64,000 bases of DNA from positions 896,001 through 960,000 of the forward strand of contig CM000431.1 of NCBI GenBank assembly GCA_000165345.1, given 5' to 3'. Positions 56,626 to 64,000 of the stretch are shown here, in pieces (the stretch's first letter is position 1; each line of letters opens with the position of its first letter). The notes below the pieces were generated by a model. It saw only the letters and a program-made list of their open reading frames with translations. It was not told the DNA's origin and ran no database searches. The position numbers and the translations under genes were made by a program.

Positions 56626-58404
56626 CTACAAGATATGATGGTCATTAAACCTGAAAGAATACTTTGCAATTTCTTGATAAAGATAAGATAATGTCATTTT
56701 ACATATTTTAACGTCAGCTTCTATTGGTAATTTTAACTTTTTTTGATTCTCTTTTTCAAAGACTTCAAAACCAGATAGTTGAAGAATCTCAATTCCTTGA
56801 CTAAATTGGCCAATCGAATTTTTAAATATTTCATTTTCAAGACTTACTATTCTATAGAAGGGGTTATTTGGAAATGAAATAACATTTTTAAGTATAATTA
56901 CAATATTTTTAAGACATTCATAAATCTTTTCTTTATTTTTGGAAGCTCTTTCTGAAAAAATACTTTGAATAATTTTAATAACTTTTTCTTCAAATTCAAG
57001 ATCAACAACTTTATCAATTGGAAATTGAATAATAGGCCTAACAGGACGAAGTTTTTCTGGAGTTGATTTAGTTTTATAATAAACCTCCTCAAACAAATCA
57101 AGAATAAATCCATCAAAAGTGAATCCAAATTTTCTTTCTGTAATAAATTGAATAACTTCAGATGGTTTATAACCTAATTCAATTAAAAATAATGCTACAA
57201 TATTAAGTGAATGGTAATCGCCAGTGTTATCTACTAATAATACAGATTTACGTAAATGATGTGTTTGTCTAATAATATTAACAACTCCCCAATAATCCGG
57301 AGTTTCTGTATTATAACAAGGAACGCTATAATATTTAATTTTTGAATTTTTTGGGAAATTGAAGATTTCTGGCTGATTTGTCAAATTAACAATTTTTGAT
57401 ATGTTAAACTTATCTTTATATTTATCCCAATCATTATGTACAAGTATTCCAATATCACAAGTAAGAACACAAAAGTGAGTGAGAATAGGAAACAAAGGAA
57501 TAGATTCACATGCAAATCTGGATGGTAAATTATTATCAGAAAATTCTGAACAAATTGGATTTTCATCAATACATCCCTCATATCTTGGACTAAGTGAAGC
57601 AAATCCTCCAGCTAAAATGAAAATACGCTCAGGTTTACAAGAACAACAATTCATTATATCAAGAAAAGTCTGTGATTCATGTGAAACACGATCACCTCTT
57701 ATTGAAGCATTTCCTTCCCAAAGATGATCAAAAAGTACAATTACCTTATTATTAATTTGTTCAAGAAGCCAACTATTTATTGTTCTTGAATATCTTAATA
57801 TTGCATCTGAATATTTACTACTATTAATTTTTTTAAAAGCTAGCTCATTACTACTTTCATAAATAGTAGTGCTTTGCCTGGAAAAGCTTCTAAAAGGTTG
57901 TAAAGCTCCTATTACAGTTCTTTTCATTAAAGCTCCTTTTGATGCAAGTCTAGCCATGGCTTCCTCTTCTTCACTATTGGCTTCTAATACTTTAACATCA
58001 AAATAAAAACTTTGTGAATCAACAAAAGTAATACCACAATTACCAAGTGGATTTGAATTCTTTGATTGAGCCCAAAGATTAAAGAACATATTTGGTGTTA
58101 TATATCTAACTTTAAACCAAGAATTTTCTACTTCAATTTCTTTCCATTGAAAAGTTAAATCTTCTAAAGATTTCCATGGTCTTGGTATTCTTTCTTTAAC
58201 AGATTTACTATTAAATGATGGAATTTCTAATACTTTTTCTTTTTTATGCTTAATTTTCTCACAACCATCATTTGATTTTGCATTTTTTTTATTTATTTCG
58301 GAATTATCATCATTTTCAGGAACTTTTTCTTTAATTATTGAATCATTCCTCAAAGACACATCATTTCTTGAATCTAATTTGGACTTGGAACAATTAGAAC
58401 CCAT
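56626..58404 (-). CDS. MKP-like protein: N-myristoylation/palmitoylation motif (MGSNCSK), rhodanese-like region and a C-terminal dual-specificity-phosphatase-like fold. The HCxxGxxRS catalytic loop is replaced by VDNTGDYHS (probable pseudophosphatase).
   Basis: MG-x3-S start. KVIVLFDHLWEGN..RIFILAGGFASL resembles a rhodanese/CH2 domain. SVLLVDNTGDYHSLNIVALFLIELGYKPSEVIQFITERK resembles the DSP PTP-loop plus following helix, with the Cys and Arg missing. Confidence 0.6.
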   Translation of the reverse strand: MGSNCSKSKLDSRNDVSLRNDSIIKEKVPENDDNSEINKKNAKSNDGCEKIKHKKEKVLEIPSFNSKSVKERIPRPWKSLEDLTFQWKEIEVENSWFKVRYITPNMFFNLWAQSKNSNPLGNCGITFVDSQSFYFDVKVLEANSEEEEAMARLASKGALMKRTVIGALQPFRSFSRQSTTIYESSNELAFKKINSSKYSDAILRYSRTINSWLLEQINNKVIVLFDHLWEGNASIRGDRVSHESQTFLDIMNCCSCKPERIFILAGGFASLSPRYEGCIDENPICSEFSDNNLPSRFACESIPLFPILTHFCVLTCDIGILVHNDWDKYKDKFNISKIVNLTNQPEIFNFPKNSKIKYYSVPCYNTETPDYWGVVNIIRQTHHLRKSVLLVDNTGDYHSLNIVALFLIELGYKPSEVIQFITERKFGFTFDGFILDLFEEVYYKTKSTPEKLRPVRPIIQFPIDKVVDLEFEEKVIKIIQSIFSERASKNKEKIYECLKNIVIILKNVISFPNNPFYRIVSLENEIFKNSIGQFSQGIEILQLSGFEVFEKENQKKLKLPIEADVKICKMTLSYLYQEIAKYSFRFNDHHIL

Positions 58405-58471
58405 TCTTGTAATACAAAAGATATTGATGATATAATTTTATTATTCAGGTTGAATTTTAATGGTAGTGAAA

Positions 58472-58509
<38 letters not shown>

Positions 58510-58800
58510 TAATCAACGAAACTTAACCTAAACTAATTATTATTATTCTTTTTTTTAATAACAATAATAATAATAATAATATAACTAAACTAGTATAAAT
58601 TTTTCAACTCAAATTTAGTAAAGTTATAATACAAGTATTTATTTCAAATATATTTACAGATTTCACTGGATCCAAATTTTGAATAATTATACAGCTCCAA
58701 TCTTGTTTATATTTGGAATTACCAAAGAAGAGTTAGTTATAGCGGAAATTATTGATAAGAATTATATAAAATATATATACATATATTATTTATTTATATA

Positions 58801-58860
<60 letters not shown>

Positions 58861-59592
58861 TATTTCAAGAAGGTTTGGAATCGGATTATAATTTCAAAAT
58901 TGCTTGGTTTATTGAAACTATTTATTACATATATATAATACTAATTTCCATATGCAGTCTTCTAAATTATAACAATGTTATTATTATTATTATTATATAT
59001 TACCTAAAGTTGGAATATACATAACCAAATTTGAACCTTATCAGTATATATGTAATTTTTTGTTTAAATAAAATACCAATTAATTATTAAAGTAATTTTC
59101 CAGTCTCCTTATTATGTCTTTAGCTCATTTAAATTGACTAGGCAAGTTGTTAGCCTCAAGAAATTTTGGGAATATTACTTTATAATAAAATGTTATGTTA
59201 ATCCCTCACCTAAATTAATCAAGTGCAAAAAAGGCCTCTTTTTACATTAAATTAAAAATTTATAATTAAATATTACTTCTTTATAATCCATTTATTCAAG
59301 ATATTAAAAAAGGCGGTATGCATGCAATTAGTGATATTATCATTTTGTGCTAATACCGGTATTAATAAAAATAATAATAATAAATAATATATAATGCAAT
59401 TATATATTATTATATTTATGGAAAAATTTTGAAATTAAAGAAAATATATTAATAAAGTTTTAATTCTAAATTTTGAAATTACATTAAAAAATTCCTGAAA
59501 AAAAAAATAATATATATATTTATATAAAGAGTTGTCAATTAATGAATTTTCATTTAATTCAATATTTAATTAATATTGATCGTGTGTTTTTT

Positions 59593-59603
59593 GAGCGGGA
59601 AAA
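59593..59603. promoter_or_regulatory. E2F-like GAGCGGGAAAA site about 255 bp upstream of the IleRS ATG
   Basis: Same core as the sites at 6149-6161 (GTGGCGGGAAATG), 32404-32415, 28447-28454, and 10241-10248 (reverse orientation). Confidence 0.35.
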
Positions 59604-59857
59604 TTTTCCATATCTAGAAAAATTAAAATAATTTGGCAAATTAATATTAAAAATATTTTTTGATAATAAGAGGGGTATGGTGGGAATTTTGGTCAAAAAG
59701 AGCAAAAGAGAAGAAAGAAAAATATATTTTTTAAAAATTTAATTAAAGTTGAAATAAAATATAAATTTTATATATTAATATTAAGAATTTATTTGAAGAA
59801 TATTTAATAATTTTAATTTATCGAAATAAACTTCTCATTATTTGTAATTAAAGAGAA

Positions 59858-62800
59858 ATGACAACATTTTCTGTAGTATCAGAAAGACCAGATTTTCCTA
59901 AATTGGAAGAAGAAATCCTTGAATATTGGCGAAAAATCAATATATTAAAACTAACTCTTGAAAAAACAAAAGGAAGACCAAATTATTCATTTTATGATGG
60001 ACCTCCATTTGCTACAGGATTACCACATTATGGTCATATACTTGCAGGTACTGTTAAAGATGTAGTTACAAGATATGCAACTCAAAAAGGATATTATTGT
60101 GAAAGAAGATTTGGATGGGATTGCCATGGATTACCAGTAGAACATGAAATTGATAAACAATTAAATATCACAAGTAGAGAAGATGTTTTAAATAAAGGTA
60201 TAGATTTTTATAATGAATCATGTAGATCAATTGTATTAAGATATACTCAAGAATGGAAATCAACTGTTGAAAGAGTTGGAAGATTAATCGATTTTGATAA
60301 TGGTTATAAAACTATGGATTTAAATTTCATGCAAACTGTATGGTGGGTATTTAAACAACTTTTTGATAAGAATCTTGTTTATAGAGCTTATAGAGTAATG
60401 CCATATTCTACAGCATGTGCTACACCATTATCTAATTTTGAATGTAATTTAAATTATAAAGATGTTAATGATCCATCTGTAATTATTACATTTCCATTAT
60501 TAGAAGATCCAAATATTCAATTCTTAGCATGGACAACAACACCATGGACACTTCCTTCAAATGTTGCAATTGCTGTACATCCTGAAAAGAAATATTTATA
60601 TTTTAAAACTAATCATTCTAATGATATTACTTATGTTGTTGCTGAATCCAGATTAGAATGGGTACTTTCTGAACTTAAAATTAAAGAATATAATATCATT
60701 TCTGATTGTATTGGAGCAGAATTACATAATAAAAAAGTTATACCTTTATTTGATTATTTTAAAAATCATGAATCAAGTCATCAATTCTGGAAAATACTTG
60801 CTGATAATTATGTTACTGATAATACTGGTACTGGTATTGTACATATGGCTCCTGCTTTTGGTGAAGATGATTATAGAGTTTGTGTAAGTAATGGTATTAT
60901 TGATAATCATGGTACAAATTTACCATGTCCTATGGATTCTAATGGTAGATTTACTGAACCTGTTAATGATTTAAAAGGAATATGGTTTAAAGATTCTGAT
61001 AAAATTATTAAACAAGAATTAAAAAAAAAATCCAGATTATTAACTGATAATACATGTATGCATTCTTATCCTTTCTGTTGGAGATCTGATACACCTTTAC
61101 AATATAGAGCTGTTCCTTCTTGGTTTATTAATGTTGAATCTTTAAAAGATAAATTATTAATTAATAATGAAAAAACTAATTGGATTCCAAATTATGTTAA
61201 AGAAAAAAGATTTCATAATTGGTTACAAGATGCTAGAGATTGGTGTGTTAGTCGTAATCGTTTTTGGGGAACACCTATACCTATATGGGTATCAGAAGAT
61301 TATACAATTATTAAATGTATTGGTAGTATTGAAGAATTAAAATCTTTAGCATCCAATTTAAAAGATAAAGAAATTAATGATATACATCGTCATTTTATTG
61401 ATTATATTGAAATTCCTGATCCAAGAGGAAATAATTATCCACCATTAAAAAGAATTGAAGAAGTTTTTGATTGTTGGTTTGAATCTGGTTCTATGCCTTA
61501 TGCATCCATTAATTATCCATTTGAAAATCAAGAATTATTTAATAATATATTTCCTGCAGATTTTGTTGGTGAAGGTTTAGATCAAACAAGAGGATGGTTT
61601 TATACATTAATGGTATTATCAACAGCATTATTTGATCAACCAGCTTTTAAAAATATTATTGTTAATGGTTTAGTTTTAGCATCTGATGGTAAAAAAATGT
61701 CAAAAAGATTAAAAAATTATCCTGATCCATTAGATATTGTTAATAAATATGGTGCAGATTCTTTAAGATTATTTTTAATTAATTCACCAGTTGTTAGAGC
61801 AGAAACTTTAAGATTTAAAGAAGAAGGTGTAAAAGATGTTATTAAAGATGTATTACTACCATGGTATCATTGTTATCGTTTTTTTGTACAAGAAGCTATT
61901 AGATATGAAAATACTAATCATAATATAAAATTTAAATCAAATAAACAAGTAATAAAGAATACTAATAATATTATGGATAAATGGATATATTCTGAAGCTC
62001 AATCATTATTAAAATTTGTAAAGACTGAAATGGATGCTTATAGATTATATAATGTAACACCAAGATTAATATCATTTTTAGATACACTTTGTAATTGGTA
62101 TGTACGTTTAAATAGAGATAGAATGAGAGGTATTTATGGTATGAATGATACAAAGAATTCTTTAGAAATACTTTATCAAGTATTAATGTTAACAGTAAAA
62201 TTATTATCTCCATTTATACCATTTACATGTGAATTATTATATTCAAATTTAAAGAATGCTTTAATTGATGAATTAGAAGAAGAAAAGCCAGAAACTGTAC
62301 ATTTATTATTAATTCCAGAAGTTGAAGAAGAATTTATTGATAAAAAGATTGAAGAAGCAATAAATCAATTAAGAGAAATTATTGTAATGGGGAGAAATTT
62401 ACGTGAAAAAAAGAAAGTTAGTGTTAAAACACCACTAAAAAGTATTAATATTGTACATAAAGATAAATCAGTATTAGATTATTTAGTAGAATCAAAATTA
62501 ATAAATTATATTAAAGAAGAATTGAATATATTACAAGTAATAACAGATAATAATTCAGAATTTGAAAAGATTACAAAATTAGTAGCAACTCCAAATTTTA
62601 AAGTATTAGGTTCAAGATTAGGAAAATCTATGAAAGATGTAACAAATTATATTAAGAATGAAATGAATAATGAAATTATTCAACAATTTTTAAAAGATGG
62701 AACAATAAAGATTCATGGTTATGAATTAAATTTGGATGAAATAATTATTCAAACAGTTGTTGATAATAATTCTGTAATAGATATGAATAATGAGATAATT

Positions 62801-63160
62801 TATGAAGGTAGTTCTCAATTTGTGATTGGTTTAGATTTTACTTCTGATATAGAATTTGAGAATATGGCTTATTCAAGAGAATTAGCAAATAAGATTCAAA
62901 AGATACGTAAAGAGAAGAATATGGATCCAGATGCAAATGTAACAATTTATTTACAATTAATTTCTAATAAGAATGAATCAAAGAAATTTCATACAGTTAT
63001 GACATCTTATAATGATTATTTACAAAAGATTATTAGAAAGCCAATAAAGGAGATTTCAGATTCAGAATTATTGAATAGTATAAAAGATAGAATACTATTT
63101 GAATGTGAGATTGAAGTTGGAATGGATGATAAAGTTAATGTAATAGTGATAAAGAATTGA
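59858..63160 (+). CDS. IARS: cytoplasmic isoleucyl-tRNA synthetase
   Basis: PPFATGLPHYGHIL (HIGH). KMSKRLKN (KMSKS). CP1 editing blocks. WCVSRNRFWG. 1100 aa. Confidence 0.97.
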   Translation: MTTFSVVSERPDFPKLEEEILEYWRKINILKLTLEKTKGRPNYSFYDGPPFATGLPHYGHILAGTVKDVVTRYATQKGYYCERRFGWDCHGLPVEHEIDKQLNITSREDVLNKGIDFYNESCRSIVLRYTQEWKSTVERVGRLIDFDNGYKTMDLNFMQTVWWVFKQLFDKNLVYRAYRVMPYSTACATPLSNFECNLNYKDVNDPSVIITFPLLEDPNIQFLAWTTTPWTLPSNVAIAVHPEKKYLYFKTNHSNDITYVVAESRLEWVLSELKIKEYNIISDCIGAELHNKKVIPLFDYFKNHESSHQFWKILADNYVTDNTGTGIVHMAPAFGEDDYRVCVSNGIIDNHGTNLPCPMDSNGRFTEPVNDLKGIWFKDSDKIIKQELKKKSRLLTDNTCMHSYPFCWRSDTPLQYRAVPSWFINVESLKDKLLINNEKTNWIPNYVKEKRFHNWLQDARDWCVSRNRFWGTPIPIWVSEDYTIIKCIGSIEELKSLASNLKDKEINDIHRHFIDYIEIPDPRGNNYPPLKRIEEVFDCWFESGSMPYASINYPFENQELFNNIFPADFVGEGLDQTRGWFYTLMVLSTALFDQPAFKNIIVNGLVLASDGKKMSKRLKNYPDPLDIVNKYGADSLRLFLINSPVVRAETLRFKEEGVKDVIKDVLLPWYHCYRFFVQEAIRYENTNHNIKFKSNKQVIKNTNNIMDKWIYSEAQSLLKFVKTEMDAYRLYNVTPRLISFLDTLCNWYVRLNRDRMRGIYGMNDTKNSLEILYQVLMLTVKLLSPFIPFTCELLYSNLKNALIDELEEEKPETVHLLLIPEVEEEFIDKKIEEAINQLREIIVMGRNLREKKKVSVKTPLKSINIVHKDKSVLDYLVESKLINYIKEELNILQVITDNNSEFEKITKLVATPNFKVLGSRLGKSMKDVTNYIKNEMNNEIIQQFLKDGTIKIHGYELNLDEIIIQTVVDNNSVIDMNNEIIYEGSSQFVIGLDFTSDIEFENMAYSRELANKIQKIRKEKNMDPDANVTIYLQLISNKNESKKFHTVMTSYNDYLQKIIRKPIKEISDSELLNSIKDRILFECEIEVGMDDKVNVIVIKN

Positions 63161-63842
63161 ATATGATAGTATACGATAGGATAGGGTAGGATAAGGGATA
63201 ATGTTGTATTGTTTTGAATTGGATTTTACAATTGAAATTAATACAAATATGCATAATAAAAAGATTGAACAAGAAAATAAAATGACAGGATTAAATAAGA
63301 ATGAAAGAAAAGAAGAAAATTCTTTTAATTATTATAAAATAGATAGTAGTTTTTTTAATATTAATTAATAATAAAAATATGAACAATTTCTCAATTTGTA
63401 TTATATGAAGAGAATTTGTTAATATTTAATATTGTGTAACTATATTATCATAAACAATAAATCTAGATTTGAATATTTGTTTAACAATTTCTAAAGAAGT
63501 AAGACCCAAATTGAAATAATAATTACTTTGGAAATATGTTTCACATGGATTAATTAAAAAAAAAGAAATTATGTTATTAATAATAAGAAGAATCTTTTTC
63601 AATTAAATATTAAAAAATGTATAAGTTTTCTGTTTGGCGCCATAATCAAAAAAAGACAATGTTTGGGCGGTATAATTAGAAAAATAATAGAGACTGATAG
63701 AGTTAAAAAAAAAAAAAAAATAAAGATAAAAGGACAGAAAAGTAGTGACTCTCGTATTTATTTATTGACTTAAAAGGATCAAGATAGACGAGGATTTATT
63801 TTGAGGTAGTGAGAACGGAATATAATTAGAGGATAATCATCC

Positions 63843-64000
63843 ATGGGCAAACGTAAGGAATTAGAAGAGATGAGTGACGGCAAGATTGAGACTGTAATAA
63901 AGCCAGAAAGTAAGTCTCAGCCGATTGACACTTCAAACTGGCCGTTATTATTAAAGAATTATTCAAAGTTGAATGTTAGAACAGGGCATTATACTCCACT
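63843..64000 (+). CDS. CBF5: H/ACA snoRNP pseudouridine synthase Cbf5/dyskerin, 5' part. It continues beyond the window end.
   Basis: [47 protein letters not shown] is the canonical Cbf5 N-terminus. Confidence 0.85.
   Translation, partial: MGKRKELEEMSDGKIETVIKPESKSQPIDTSNWPLLLKNYSKLNVRTGHYTP

Noticed and set aside
59140-59260. AAAAAGGCCTCTTTTT near-palindrome as a terminator hairpin
   Set aside because: Rho-independent terminators are not a eukaryotic nuclear feature. It is a single weak stem.

Overview
This window is eukaryotic nuclear DNA, not prokaryotic. It is about 70-75% AT, and the ORFs are purine-rich on the coding strand. Long uninterrupted ORFs sit on both strands, and there are a few short introns with GTAAGT donors and (T)nAG acceptors. 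Homopolymer, (TA)n and (ATT)n tracts occur between genes. The proteins I recognise by motif are: cytosolic HSP90 (ends MEEVD), DRG GTPase, DDX23/PRP28 DEAD-box helicase, DNA ligase I (KYDGER), isoleucyl-tRNA synthetase (HYGH/KMSKR), dyskerin/CBF5, casein kinase II beta, MBF1, ribosomal protein L19e, M18 aspartyl aminopeptidase, a Cu-transporting P1B ATPase (GMTCxxC/CPC/DKTGT/GDGIND), a GT22 mannosyltransferase, BolA, AP sigma, CTF8, MINDY-3. This is a syntenic-looking housekeeping block of a compact apicomplexan genome. Composition, intron style and upstream motifs (GCATGCA, TTGGCGCCAA, GGCGGGAA) fit Cryptosporidium, but that is an inference because I cannot run a search. I count about 30 protein-coding genes, roughly one per 2 kb. 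I see no rRNA, tRNA, CRISPR, transposon or prokaryotic defence-island structure, so the bacterial novel-system framing does not apply. The noteworthy material is (i) eight introns I reconstructed by eye, all GTAAGT donors, that join ORF-track fragments into single genes (Cu-ATPase, a roughly 1000-aa secreted Cys-rich protein, CTF8, an EF-hand light chain, L19e with an ATG-only first exon, and one tentative small gene); (ii) divergent catalytic-site variants (a secreted kinase-like protein, a myristoylatable MKP-like pseudophosphatase, a Walker-A-less AAA+ protein); and (iii) a recurring palindromic promoter-motif vocabulary. All coordinates were hand-indexed from the printed sequence. Exon boundaries should be taken as accurate to within a few bases.
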